Shown here: piece by piece, positions 38,301-48,603 of the stretch
How the letters are laid out: every line of letters begins with the position of its first letter
Position numbering within the stretch: position 1 is the first letter of the stretch
Origin: an uncultured archaeon
GTDB lineage: Archaea > Asgardarchaeota > Thorarchaeia > Thorarchaeales > Thorarchaeaceae
Length of the DNA: 54,586 bases
Assembly (NCBI GenBank): GCA_964590575.1
Contig: CAZPWM010000010.1
Span: 1-54,586 of the forward strand
Direction of reading: 5' to 3'
Translations under genes and position numbers: made by a program
The notes under the pieces: generated by a model
What the model saw: the letters and a program-made list of their open reading frames with translations, nothing else
What the model was told of the DNA's origin: nothing
Databases searched by the model: none

Positions 38301-39203
38301 ATGCCAATCACTGGATTGCATCTTCTTCTAACATACAAATGCAATTTCGCATGTGACCATTGTTTTGTTTACAGCAGTCCTCATGCCAAAGGTGTGATGA
38401 GAATATCTGATGTACGCCAAATACTCGATGAAGCAGAAAAACTTGGCAACATAAATTGGATATTCTTTGAGGGTGGTGAACCCTTCCTTTATTATCAGAC
38501 TATGTTGTGGGGGCTGCGCGAAGCCAAGAAAAGGGGGTTCAAAATTGGAATCGTGACGAACTCCTATTGGGCCACCTCAGTTGAGGATGCAAGAGAATGG
38601 CTCCTCCCAATCTCAAAGATTGATGTTGATGCTTTATCGATTAGTGATGATGCCTATCATTATGGTGAAAATGAGGAGAACTTTGCCAAGTATGCTCATG
38701 AAGCTGCAATAGAACTCGGTATACCGGTTGACACGATAACAATAGATGATCCGAAAGAGTACATGAAAGATATTGAATGGAAAGGCAAACCTGTTGTGGA
38801 AGGCAGTGTCCAGTTCAAGGGTAGAGCAGTGGAAAAACTCACTGAGGGATTGCCAAGAAAATCTTGGGTAGAATTCAATAAGTGTTTGGATGAAGACTTC
38901 ACTAATCAGAGCCGAGTGCACATTGATCCTTTTGGCTATGTTCATCTTTGTCAAGGCATTACAATGGGCAATATGAAGAAGATTCCCTTACACAAGCTGT
39001 TTGAAGATTATAACCCAGAAAAGCATCCGATTTGCGCACCTTTATTGAAGGGAGGACCAGCAGAACTTGTCAGAGAATATCAAGTAGACCATGAAGAAGA
39101 CTACATTGACGAATGTCACTTATGTTATTCAACCCGTCTGAAACTGAGAAACAAGTTTCCAGAAATTCTTGCCCCGGATGAAGTATATGGAATCCAAGAA
39201 TAG
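38301..39203 (+). CDS. Radical SAM protein
   Basis: TYKCNFACDHC, GGEPFL, TNSYWA, C-terminal C..CQG..ECHLC. Confidence 0.9.
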   Translation: MPITGLHLLLTYKCNFACDHCFVYSSPHAKGVMRISDVRQILDEAEKLGNINWIFFEGGEPFLYYQTMLWGLREAKKRGFKIGIVTNSYWATSVEDAREWLLPISKIDVDALSISDDAYHYGENEENFAKYAHEAAIELGIPVDTITIDDPKEYMKDIEWKGKPVVEGSVQFKGRAVEKLTEGLPRKSWVEFNKCLDEDFTNQSRVHIDPFGYVHLCQGITMGNMKKIPLHKLFEDYNPEKHPICAPLLKGGPAELVREYQVDHEEDYIDECHLCYSTRLKLRNKFPEILAPDEVYGIQE

Positions 39204-39205
39204 AA

Positions 39206-39312
39206 TGGTGGGCCCGAGGGGAGTTGAACCCCTGACCGTTCCCCTATCCGAACGAAATGTCCAGATATACAGGTTATGAGCCTGGTGCTCTACCAAACTG
39301 AGCTACGGGCCC
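39206..39312 (-). tRNA. tRNA-Ile2(CAT) with about 30-nt intron at the variable loop
   Basis: GGGCCCG acceptor, A73, CCA; loop CTCATAA; hairpin insert at about 39238-39267. Ile2 is preferred over Met because of the acceptor stem. Confidence 0.85.
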
Positions 39313-39521
39313 TTAAGTAAAGACAGAGCATCTGCTTTGTATTTGAGTTATTAAAGTTGCGAATGGTTTCTAGCTTGTCCTTCAGAACATCCTGACTCAG
39401 TGACGACTGACGATATCCAGATTGTCAAGAAATTGTTCTGATCAAAAGGTTTCAAGATGAACTTTTTCGGACTTTATATCCAATCAAAGAAACTACGAGG
39501 CAACTCTAAGGCGATGATTAC

Positions 39522-39875
39522 ATGATTCTACTGTTTACATCAGATAACTGCACATGGTGTGGCGTACTCAAGTCAATGCTAGAGGATGAAAGTGAAACTC
39601 TTGGCACTGAACAAAACATCTACGAGGTTGATGTTGACAGACAATATAGAATCGCGGAAGCGTATGGTATCTTGGCAGTACCAACCCTTGTTGCAGGTGC
39701 CTATAAAATCTCAGGAGTCCCATCAGCAAGTGATTTGCGTTCATTCTTACTTCAGGCAGTGTCAGGGGGATTTCTCCATTATGGTGGGAAAAGCGTCAAA
39801 TCTGTTCTTCGTGACGTTCGTAGAATCAAATCATCTGAATTGTCTGGAAATCAGGTTCTTCGTACAATCACCTAG
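39522..39875 (+). CDS. Thioredoxin family protein
   Basis: CTWC motif, AYGILAVPTL, G.P. Confidence 0.85.
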   Translation: MILLFTSDNCTWCGVLKSMLEDESETLGTEQNIYEVDVDRQYRIAEAYGILAVPTLVAGAYKISGVPSASDLRSFLLQAVSGGFLHYGGKSVKSVLRDVRRIKSSELSGNQVLRTIT

Positions 39876-39935
39876 ACCAGACGCGACCTCTACGTAATCT
39901 TAATAACCGCATGACAAAGTTCTCGATGCTACATG

Positions 39936-40043
39936 GCCCCGGTAGTGTAGACCGGCCCAGCATCTAGGGTTTTCGACCCTATGGTTGTTTAGAATTCCTA
40001 AACAGCGGGGAAGACCCGGGTTCGAATCCCGGCCGGGGCACCA
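39936..40043 (+). tRNA. tRNA-Glu(TTC) with about 30-nt intron near position 43/44
   Basis: GCCCCGG/CCGGGGC acceptor; TAGGG-TTTTCGA-CCCTA; hairpin insert at about 39982-40011; GGTTCGAATCC; CCA. Confidence 0.92.
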
Positions 40044-40055
40044 TCCTATTTTCAA

Positions 40056-40919
40056 TCAATTCATTGACAAGAGCATGTTGAAGTCTGAGGATTTGTAAGA
40101 ATGGGTCAATGCTCCAGATGATAATACATCCACTCCAGTCCTTGCATAATCCCTGATGTTATCCTCATCGACCCCTCCCGAAACCTCTAGTACCACTCTA
40201 TCCCTTGTACCTTCAGCTTTCAGAACCTCAATGAGTCCACCAACATCTTTTGGCTTGAAGTTGTCTAGCAGGATTATATCTGCCCCTGCTCCGATGGCTT
40301 CTTGCACTTCCTGAAGTGTGCGAGCTTCGCATGATACTTTTTTACTGAACGAAACTTTCTCTTTGGCCACTTTCACAGCTGCGCGTACTCCCCCAGCCGC
40401 TGTGATATGGTTGTTCTTTATCAACACCATATCATCAAGCGCATAGCGATGTGGATCTCCACCACCAATAACCACAGCGCGTTTTTCAAAGAATCTGAAA
40501 CCAGGGGTTGTTTTACGAGTAGCTGCAACTTTGACACTTGGATTTCCTTCTCTTGCAGCACTGACCATTCTGTAAACCTTGGTCGCGATTCCACTCATTC
40601 TCTGAACGATGTTCAGACACACTCTTTCCACTGTTAGGAGAGTCCATGCTGAACCCTTCAAACGCATCACAGGTTGTTGAGGATCTACCCAATTCCCTTC
40701 GTAGGCGAGAATCTCATAGGTAAGCCCTGAGAACTCTGCAATTGCTGCCACCTCTTCCATCCCTGCTAGCACAGACCGTTCTTTCGCATAGATTGTAGCC
40801 AACGCGGTGGTATCCTCTGGTATCGTCAATTCAGTCGTGAGGTCTCCGGACCTGACATCCTCTTCTATGAATCTCTTCAGGGCTTCTATCGCTTCAGGAG
40901 GAAGGTTACCGTATCTCAT
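40056..40919 (-). CDS. nadC: Nicotinate-nucleotide diphosphorylase (carboxylating)
   Basis: TRKTTPG, HRYALDDMVLIKNNH, ILLDN, EVSGG. Confidence 0.96.
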   Translation of the reverse strand: MRYGNLPPEAIEALKRFIEEDVRSGDLTTELTIPEDTTALATIYAKERSVLAGMEEVAAIAEFSGLTYEILAYEGNWVDPQQPVMRLKGSAWTLLTVERVCLNIVQRMSGIATKVYRMVSAAREGNPSVKVAATRKTTPGFRFFEKRAVVIGGGDPHRYALDDMVLIKNNHITAAGGVRAAVKVAKEKVSFSKKVSCEARTLQEVQEAIGAGADIILLDNFKPKDVGGLIEVLKAEGTRDRVVLEVSGGVDEDNIRDYARTGVDVLSSGALTHSYKSSDFNMLLSMN

Positions 40920-41552
40920 TCAATCACATCTTGGATGTTTTGGATTTCTCACAATGTTGCCTCTTGGCTTCTCTTCACCAAAGATTTCTGCCTGAAACGA
41001 CATAAACTCAGTCTCAGGGTCCTTCCACGAGTTAATTGGCAGTCCAGCCTTATTACAGGTATGTTCCAAGAACTCTTTGGTGTCCCATTTCCAGTCAACT
41101 GGTACCTGCGGAAGAAGGAGTCCGCGGAACATGCCTCTGATTGCAATCAACCCATCTCGTCCAACCTTTACGAGATCCAATAACTCCTCGGGTTTCGAAT
41201 ATTCAATCTTCTTTGGAGGTGTTAGGACACTCAAATCCACCAGAATCGTATCAAGCTCCTTCGGAGTGACAGCTGGAAAGCGCGGATCATTGATTGCAGA
41301 GTCAACAGCAGAATCAATGGTGGCTTCGACAAGAGGCTGGGAAGGATAGGGGCGACCAATACAGCCTCTCAGATTGACACGTTCACTTAAAATGGAGTTC
41401 AATGTCACAAATACACCTGATTTTTCACGAAGATGCTCTGGTGTATCTTGTGGAGTCTCTGGTTTTTGTTTTGTCTTTACAATCTCATCCACAGTTTTTC
41501 TAGCTAAAGTAACGAGAAAGACCCCGTCATTGTCTGAGTAGATATGTGACAC
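40920..41552 (-). CDS. AMMECR1 domain protein (TIGR00296)
   Basis: GVFVTL, LRGCIG, DPRF, GLLLPQV, KAGL. Confidence 0.93.
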   Translation of the reverse strand: MSHIYSDNDGVFLVTLARKTVDEIVKTKQKPETPQDTPEHLREKSGVFVTLNSILSERVNLRGCIGRPYPSQPLVEATIDSAVDSAINDPRFPAVTPKELDTILVDLSVLTPPKKIEYSKPEELLDLVKVGRDGLIAIRGMFRGLLLPQVPVDWKWDTKEFLEHTCNKAGLPINSWKDPETEFMSFQAEIFGEEKPRGNIVRNPKHPRCD

Positions 41553-41608
41553 TAGGCATCAACTCCGTACTCACTGTGCTAGTTCATCGTTATTTATTCT
41601 TGTACTAT

Positions 41609-42922
41609 TCAGGATTTCTGGACTGGTACCTTTCCTGCAATGCTTGGACCTGTAACAAACTCGCCTTCATCAAAAACGATTACTCCTCCGACGATTGTAG
41701 TTACTATACGGGCGAGGACCCGTTTCCCTTCAAATGGAGTTATTTTTGCTTTCGAGAAGAAATTCTTACCCGAAATAGTACCTTCCTGAATTCGTGCCAG
41801 AACAATGTCTGCATCGTAACCCTTCGTGAGTATCCCTTTGTTTTCCAGTCCGAGAATTCTTGCAGGCGCTGAAGAACAGACCCTCAGATAGTCTATCCAT
41901 GCCATTCGCTTCTCAAAGACCTCTGTCAGCATGAGTGGTAGTGTGGTTTCGAGACCTGGTATCCCTGATGATGCTTTCAGAAAGGGTGCCGTCTTCTCCC
42001 ACTTTTTGTGAGGAGCGTGATCTGAAGCGACACAGTCAATTGCCATCGTCTGACATAATGCCTGCATCAACATCCTATTGTCATATGGGGACCTCAATGG
42101 GGGGAGCATCTTGGCTAAACCATCATCATGAGGGAAATCACCCCCAGTTAGGAATAAGTGGTGTGGGGTGACTTCTGCGGTCAGTGTGTCCTCTGCTCTA
42201 TTTTCAAAGATTAGTCTAGCAGTTGCTGCGCAGCTGACATGACATACATGCAATCTAGCTTCATACTCGACTCTTGCATCTATGAATGATTGAACTGCTT
42301 TTACTTCATCCTCGCAACTATGTGCAAGGAAGAACTCTTCCATATTTGTTGGCAACTCGTTCCGAGCAGGCATATCTGGATGGAACAGAAGAGGGATTTC
42401 ACTAGCTACAGCTAGTTTTGTGCACTCCCTGATTCGATCTTTCGTGTACTCTACGTTCTTGTCAAGTGGTGCATGAGGATACACTTTCAGTCCCAGAATA
42501 TCTCGAAGCATCTGAACATCGAAATCTTCGATATTATAGGGTATTCCCGCATAGAAACCCACATTTACATAACTCGACTCTTGAGCTCTGGAAATCTTCT
42601 CATCAAGTATCTTTTTGTTTAGAACTGGAGGATCTGAGTTTGGCATGTCAACGACTGTAGTAACACCCCCAGCAGCAGCTGCCATAGTGCCGCTTTCGTA
42701 GTCCTCCTGGTCAGACTGATTAAGATCTCGAAGATGAACATGGATGTCTATCAGACCTGGGAGAATATAGAGTCCCCTGCAATCAACAGATTTTTGGTGC
42801 TTTGGTTCACTTCCATGCTTGTAAATACCTTCAATCTTTCCAGCATCGATTGCCACAGAGCGTATTGTTTCTCGACCATTCTCTATGAAAATACCATCTT
42901 TGAGCACCATATCAACGGCCAT
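41609..42922 (-). CDS. pyrC: Dihydroorotase
   Basis: DIHVHLRD, DMPN, EVTPHHL, PPLR, SDHAPH. Confidence 0.85.
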   Translation of the reverse strand: MAVDMVLKDGIFIENGRETIRSVAIDAGKIEGIYKHGSEPKHQKSVDCRGLYILPGLIDIHVHLRDLNQSDQEDYESGTMAAAAGGVTTVVDMPNSDPPVLNKKILDEKISRAQESSYVNVGFYAGIPYNIEDFDVQMLRDILGLKVYPHAPLDKNVEYTKDRIRECTKLAVASEIPLLFHPDMPARNELPTNMEEFFLAHSCEDEVKAVQSFIDARVEYEARLHVCHVSCAATARLIFENRAEDTLTAEVTPHHLFLTGGDFPHDDGLAKMLPPLRSPYDNRMLMQALCQTMAIDCVASDHAPHKKWEKTAPFLKASSGIPGLETTLPLMLTEVFEKRMAWIDYLRVCSSAPARILGLENKGILTKGYDADIVLARIQEGTISGKNFFSKAKITPFEGKRVLARIVTTIVGGVIVFDEGEFVTGPSIAGKVPVQKS

Positions 42923-42972
42923 GTGACATCAACGCCGGTGTTGCCAGCGTTTGGTTGACGCTGAACCAACCT

Positions 42973-43791
42973 TCATTCAGATGCTTCAGGGACCTTAAAC
43001 TTGTTTGCAACAAATCTTGTGAAATCTGTTGTGCTAATCATCCCTACAAGTCTGTTACCATCACCTACAACAGGCAAGGTATTCAGTTTTGCGTCCAACA
43101 TCTTAACTGAGGCGTCTGCAATCGATTCATCTGGTGTTGCAAGAGGGGGCTGTTGAAGCATTGCATCCACTACGCGAATTTGCCTGACTTGGTTTGCACG
43201 ATGTTTGTCCGGTACTTCTACCGTAAAACGTGCCATGGCCTCAGCAACCATGCGTTCCGTGATTAGTCCTAGTACTCGCCCTCCATCAGTGACTGGCATA
43301 CCAGAATATCCTGCGGCAAGCATATCGCCTCTAGCTTTCACAAGACGTGCTACTGGATTGACCTGGAGAATATCTGCAGTGGTCATGAGTTCCTTAACTT
43401 TGACATCTTTGAACTTTTGAACTAGCTGAGCTATCTGCACCTTTGTGATAACTCCGACAAGAGCCCCCTCATCATCCACTACCGGACAACCACTCATTCC
43501 TCTTTCAACCATGAGCTGGGCAACATCTGTCACTTCCTCATCAGGACCCACTGTGATGACAGTATCAGTCATTGCACTGGATACATGGAGCCTCTTTATT
43601 GAGAGGGCTACTACTTTACTTACGCCCAATCTGTCTGCGATATCGGCATATGTGAGGATGCCTTTAACATCATCCTTCTCAACGACAATCAGTCTTTCTA
43701 CTCCTTTCTTCTCTAACTGCTCGAGCGCATAGGACAATCTCTGGTCCTTATCAATCGTAACGGGCTCGACCATAATTTGGCTCACTTTCAT
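42973..43791 (-). CDS. CBS domain protein (four CBS repeats)
   Basis: Repeated M...P/PVV..G.LVG.IT patterns. Confidence 0.9.
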   Translation of the reverse strand: MKVSQIMVEPVTIDKDQRLSYALEQLEKKGVERLIVVEKDDVKGILTYADIADRLGVSKVVALSIKRLHVSSAMTDTVITVGPDEEVTDVAQLMVERGMSGCPVVDDEGALVGVITKVQIAQLVQKFKDVKVKELMTTADILQVNPVARLVKARGDMLAAGYSGMPVTDGGRVLGLITERMVAEAMARFTVEVPDKHRANQVRQIRVVDAMLQQPPLATPDESIADASVKMLDAKLNTLPVVGDGNRLVGMISTTDFTRFVANKFKVPEASE

Positions 43792-43855
43792 GACAATAGT
43801 CTCCTATCACACCGGTAATTACACAATACAAGTTGGTTAATGATTGTGTGACCAA

Positions 43856-44422
43856 CTAACTACGACAATTTTCACACAGATACTCGCCATCTTCATAAAT
43901 CAAATCGGTCGAATATTCTCCACAGCTATCACACTCGCCTCCGTAGGCTATGTCTTCGTCATCGTCTTCTTCTTTGACACCCTCACTCCTGAGGCGTAAT
44001 GACTCCACAAGGATGTCGATGAGCTCTGGAGACCAACGAAGTAGGTCTCTTGAAGTGATGATTCCTGCTAAGGAGTCGTTCTTCAAAACTGCCACACGAC
44101 GAATGTTACTTCGTGCCATCACACGCATTGCTTCAGTTAGCGCTGTTCCGGGCTCCACATGAATTATTGGTGATGACATGATCTCTCGTGCTGCTGTGGT
44201 CTTTGGATCCTTCTCATCTGCTATGACGCGTCTAACAATGTCGGACTCTGTAATAATTCCAAGAGGATGGTCCTGATCTGTGATGATTATAGAACCAACG
44301 TCCATCTTAGACATCAATCTGGCTACATCGAAGACTGTTGCATCCGGAGACATCGTAATGACGTTAACAGACATGATGTCTCTCACAAACATTGAATGAG
44401 AGGGGTCAGACATTTGTTTCAC
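43856..44422 (-). CDS. CBS domain protein with C-terminal Zn ribbon
   Basis: Two CBS repeats, acidic linker, CDSC...CENC. Confidence 0.9.
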   Translation of the reverse strand: MKQMSDPSHSMFVRDIMSVNVITMSPDATVFDVARLMSKMDVGSIIITDQDHPLGIITESDIVRRVIADEKDPKTTAAREIMSSPIIHVEPGTALTEAMRVMARSNIRRVAVLKNDSLAGIITSRDLLRWSPELIDILVESLRLRSEGVKEEDDDEDIAYGGECDSCGEYSTDLIYEDGEYLCENCRS

Positions 44423-44549
44423 CCTATATTATCAGAAGTTGGTCCGACGCCCAGCCAACCAACTGGCAGAGTGTCTTCTCGAGCTGGAATGCCACCTGTC
44501 TGATTTTAAATGTGTCTGTATCATTGTATATTGAAACACCTGATAGTTC

Positions 44550-46565
44550 TTAGCGGTCTATTTTGCCGCCCCCCGCAGGCAATACACGCATCATATCTTC
44601 TTGTGGAATCTGACTAACCAGAGTCACTTGATCATCAGGAACTAGTGCCTTTAGTCGGATAAGTACCTCCTTGACGAGTTCTCCTTTCTTCATGTCACCC
44701 GGTATCACACGTACATAGAACTCGGTTTGTGTAGACACCGCAGAAATTGGCCCAGAGATTGGAATTGCACTTTCTTCTTCGAGGATGACTCCTACTGCTA
44801 GCTCCACTGGCATTTTACGTATGTAATTCTTTGTGCCGTAGAGCATCACACCCCCTGTGGGTAAATACTCTCCTGATGGTGGACTGAAGCTCACCTGTTC
44901 TGGATTTACCCAGAATGCATCACCGCTAGATAGACTATCTTGCCAAGCTCTCGAGAACGTGACAGCAAACTGCGCCGCTTCTTCCAACGTTGGCTGTCCC
45001 GGCGGCTCATCTGGAACCTTGATTATCGTGTATGGAGCACCATGAAGTGCCGCATGCAAGAAGACATCATTAGCTCCCATTTGGCGCTTTGCAAGACTCT
45101 CGTTACTCTTCACATCACGCCCTCCTAACACAAGAAAACCTTCAGATGATATGAACCATCGGAACTTTTCATACCATCTTTTCTTCCTTGACTTCACGGG
45201 GGCTCTCTTAACCTCAGGTTCAGCCGCTTTCGCATCTAGTTTTTCCAACTTTTCCTTTGTCTTCACAATCTGTTTCTTAGCGCCTTCTATTTTGGACTCT
45301 GATTTCTTGGCTTGGTCATAGGCAAGGGCGGCGTTATCTTGAGCTGTAAGGCGTATGTCCAACGTCACATCAGTACTATTCAGTTTCACGATGATCTGAC
45401 CTTGTGATGGTATTATTCTCTGTATCAACTGAGCGGATGGTATTCCTTGTTTCCGTCCTTCATCAATCTTAGCAATGATATCATCCCATTGAAGTCCTCC
45501 AGACCTGGCTTTTGTGACTGTTTCTAAAACTTCCTGAATTAAAGTGAAATGTGAGTATATCAACTCCCCATCGATCCTGAGGGCTTCCGCCTTTGCTGCT
45601 AATTTTTCAATACCCTCATTCTGTTTGTCTATTATCCTCTGTAGTCTTTTTTGTTCAATTGAAAGAGCATCTTGTTCCTGTTCATCCTCAAGCTCGCTTT
45701 CAGATACTCCTGAGAATTCGTCAATAGCTTGACTGAAAGTATCAAAGGTTTCTGCAGGTAATTCTTTGTAAAGTTCAAATCGAAATGGCAAGAATGCGAT
45801 AAATTCGGGTTCTTCGCCTTCAGCAGGTTCATCATCAAGGACTATGCTTGGTTCGTTCACACCAGTCTTTAACTTATCAACAAAGTGTGCCATTCCCATC
45901 TGGAGATCTGATAAAGTCTGGCTATCTATCTCTGGACTCATTACTTTCGGTGAAACCTTTCCTAATGCACAAATTTCCTCACAGCTCGAGGAATCAAGAT
46001 TAAGTCGACTAGCTAAAGTTCGAACAATATTTGCGTTTGAATCTGCGATAATTTCTTGAAGCGAGTCTGGTTCAAGATTGAGCACATCTGTTCCTCGCGC
46101 TGGTGGGAACTCATAAAGGGCTTTTGGCACAACATCGCGGTCTTTCATCCTTTTGTATCGCATGGCTACAAAGATAGTATCCTTTGGATCTAAGAGGAGC
46201 AGGTTCCCACTGCCAAATAGTTCAGCAACAAGTTTGTATGAGTTCTCTTCATCTCCAACCTCTATTACTACAATTCTATCCAGCTCATATTGTTTTACCG
46301 AGCTGATTCGTTTATCTCTAAGATATTTCCTTAATACTGTACAGAACTTGGGAGGAGTTCTTGGTGCCTTCCGTGCAAACTCCGTGAGATGGATACGATG
46401 ACCTGGATGAATCAGTAGTTGTGATGTACCACCACCTGGTTGATAGAGTTTGAGGACAAAGATGTCACCATATTGGTACACGTTCTTGATGAAAGCACCT
46501 TCTGCAGACTCACGCAACTCTGGTAGAATAAGCCTGATGTCAACGTTACTCATTGAGTCCTTCAT
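44550..46565 (-). CDS. rqcH: Ribosome quality control protein RqcH/NEMF (NFACT family)
   Basis: LRKYL, DRIV, ELF..GN, WYEKFRWFISS, GGRD..SNE, SGEYL..G. Confidence 0.93.
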   Translation of the reverse strand: MKDSMSNVDIRLILPELRESAEGAFIKNVYQYGDIFVLKLYQPGGGTSQLLIHPGHRIHLTEFARKAPRTPPKFCTVLRKYLRDKRISSVKQYELDRIVVIEVGDEENSYKLVAELFGSGNLLLLDPKDTIFVAMRYKRMKDRDVVPKALYEFPPARGTDVLNLEPDSLQEIIADSNANIVRTLASRLNLDSSSCEEICALGKVSPKVMSPEIDSQTLSDLQMGMAHFVDKLKTGVNEPSIVLDDEPAEGEEPEFIAFLPFRFELYKELPAETFDTFSQAIDEFSGVSESELEDEQEQDALSIEQKRLQRIIDKQNEGIEKLAAKAEALRIDGELIYSHFTLIQEVLETVTKARSGGLQWDDIIAKIDEGRKQGIPSAQLIQRIIPSQGQIIVKLNSTDVTLDIRLTAQDNAALAYDQAKKSESKIEGAKKQIVKTKEKLEKLDAKAAEPEVKRAPVKSRKKRWYEKFRWFISSEGFLVLGGRDVKSNESLAKRQMGANDVFLHAALHGAPYTIIKVPDEPPGQPTLEEAAQFAVTFSRAWQDSLSSGDAFWVNPEQVSFSPPSGEYLPTGGVMLYGTKNYIRKMPVELAVGVILEEESAIPISGPISAVSTQTEFYVRVIPGDMKKGELVKEVLIRLKALVPDDQVTLVSQIPQEDMMRVLPAGGGKIDR

Positions 46566-46637
46566 ATCATCTCACCTAGCATTCAAACCGACATGATTAT
46601 AACCTCGTCGATTGAACCAGCCATAATCAGGCAGTGA

Positions 46638-46994
46638 TTGGAAATGAATCTCACTCCGTTAAAGAACCTCTTCAATCGTATGTTCGGAAAATGGGATAAC
46701 TCTCCCAATGACCAACAATACTATGTGAAGATTTTCTTTGCTTTAATCAGCGCTTTGGTCTGTGGTCTTGCTGGACCATTCTTTGCTGGGACTCGAGGAG
46801 TCATCTTCGGTTTTCTTGTCTATATTCTATCTCTCTTTGCCATTCGTTACCTATTAGAAATTGACTTGGTTACCCTTGGTGGAACACAGAAGATGATCAC
46901 AAACTCTCTCGTATCTTACCTGATGCTTTGGGTCGTGCTGTGGACTCTGATGTATGCTTTCTCGATTCCCCCTGAGATTATAGCAACACTCTGA
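46638..46994 (+). CDS. EMC6/RAB5IF(OPTI)-like three-TM protein
   Basis: EID....GGT...TNSLVSY..LW...WTL.Y resembles the RAB5IF/EMC6 C-terminus. Confidence 0.7.
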   Translation: MEMNLTPLKNLFNRMFGKWDNSPNDQQYYVKIFFALISALVCGLAGPFFAGTRGVIFGFLVYILSLFAIRYLLEIDLVTLGGTQKMITNSLVSYLMLWVVLWTLMYAFSIPPEIIATL

Positions 46995-47069
46995 TTCTTG
47001 ATTGTGAGAATCACGAGAATTCTTGTCTTCAAGGGTCAATTCTAGCATCATTTTATTCTCAAATAATAC

Positions 47070-47555
47070 CTAGAACAATGCCAATACTTGAATTGCCAGA
47101 AACCCCACTAGGAGAAAAGGCAACAGTGGTGGTGTTACATTCTCACTATTCCTTTTGATTCTCCAATATAGATAGCCTCCTAGAAGCATAACAATTAATT
47201 CTCCCCCCAGGCCAATGATGGCTTCCAAGATTGGCTGGTTCCAAATTCCTAATTCAATTCCTGGACTGATAAGCGCCACAACAAATAGGACTTTGGCATC
47301 AGCCCCTCCAATTGAACCAAATCTAAACAGAATGTATGATAATGGCATAACTAACAACAGAGCGGTCAGATGCAAAACCAAGTTGGAAGCAAAGTGGCTG
47401 GTAAGAATCAAAACAATACAACCAACAACGCCCCCTTCAACAACAACCTCGTTCATTACTTTTCTATCACGGATATCCAGAAATGAATAGATTAAGAGAA
47501 GAGATAGGATGGTAACAAATGACACAATGGATGCAAAAGAAAGGTCAAGAACCAT
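47070..47555 (-). CDS. Prepilin peptidase, A24 family
   Basis: S..DIRDRKV and GGADAK aspartate motifs, C-terminal PLLPFL. Confidence 0.85.
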   Translation of the reverse strand: MVLDLSFASIVSFVTILSLLLIYSFLDIRDRKVMNEVVVEGGVVGCIVLILTSHFASNLVLHLTALLLVMPLSYILFRFGSIGGADAKVLFVVALISPGIELGIWNQPILEAIIGLGGELIVMLLGGYLYWRIKRNSENVTPPLLPFLLVGFLAIQVLALF

Positions 47556-47714
47556 TAATCATCACATTCCTATCTTTCAATCTGCAAACGCTCGTATATA
47601 GTCATAGCCTTTGGTCTTGATAGTAACACAGATTAGGAACCCATTGATTTTCGCGCTCTATGTGTTGGGACGTATCTGCGGACCTCACATATTCACAGTT
47701 CAGAAGCTGATCGA

Positions 47715-48602
47715 ATGGAAGACCCGTACCAAGTAATTCATGATACTACCTTTCGTTTGTTGAAGAAAGCAGTCACTGAATTACCTCCGGACATTAAAGC
47801 AGCTCTTGAGGCTGCTTTTAAGAATGAAACAGATGAAACAGCAAAGACCCAGCTCTCTGCTATTCTGACAAACCTAGACATAGCTGAAACAGGCGTTCCA
47901 ATGTGTCAAGATACAGGAATCATGATTTTCTATGTCAAAGCGGGTGCTAAATTCCCGTTCATGGGTGATATCAAAGAAGCCCTCACACAAGCTAGCCGAA
48001 AGGCAACCAAAGAGGTTCCAATCAGACCAAATGCAGTCAATCCCATCGTTGGAGGAAACTCTGGTGATAACACCGGTGTGAAGATTCCATGGATAAACTG
48101 GGAGATTGTAGATGGTGACTCTGTACAAATCACTGTATTTCCAAAAGGTGGAGGTAGTGAAAACGCCTGTATTGTGGGAATGCTCAAGCCTGGCGTTGGT
48201 TTAACAGGTGTGAAGAAACTTGTAGTAGACAATGCTTTGTCCTATATGGGTAAAGCATGTTCGCCCAACATCATCGGTGTAGGTATCGGTGGTGGATCAG
48301 ATATTGCAATCAAGATTGCTAAACAACAACTCCTGCGGCCTCTCAACGACAAACACCCGGAGCCAGAAGTTGCCAAGATAGAAGAGGAGCTCATGGATGC
48401 CATCAATTCTACTGGGATTGGACCCATGGGCCTTGGTGGAAAGACCACGGTTCTCGGTGTGAAGGTCGATTACGCAATGCGTCATCCCGCCAGCCTGCCG
48501 GTAGGTGTAGCTGTACAATGTTGGGCTGCGCGACAAAGTACAGCAATAATCACGAAAGACCTGAAGGTCACATACTTGACACATCCGATGGAGGGTAACT
48601 AA
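47715..48602 (+). CDS. Class I fumarate hydratase, alpha subunit
   Basis: PMCQDTG, PKGGGSEN, ACSP, GIGPMGLGG, HPASLPV, CWA. Confidence 0.92.
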   Translation: MEDPYQVIHDTTFRLLKKAVTELPPDIKAALEAAFKNETDETAKTQLSAILTNLDIAETGVPMCQDTGIMIFYVKAGAKFPFMGDIKEALTQASRKATKEVPIRPNAVNPIVGGNSGDNTGVKIPWINWEIVDGDSVQITVFPKGGGSENACIVGMLKPGVGLTGVKKLVVDNALSYMGKACSPNIIGVGIGGGSDIAIKIAKQQLLRPLNDKHPEPEVAKIEEELMDAINSTGIGPMGLGGKTTVLGVKVDYAMRHPASLPVGVAVQCWAARQSTAIITKDLKVTYLTHPMEGN

Positions 48603-48603
48603 G

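Noticed and set aside
39206-39312. tRNA-Met call for the CAT anticodon
   Set aside because: The GGGCCCG acceptor fits archaeal Ile2; it lacks the initiator A1-U72 pair and GGG/CCC anticodon stem.
39934-39945. TGGCCCCGGTAG resembling the array repeat
   Set aside because: This is simply the 5' end of tRNA-Glu.
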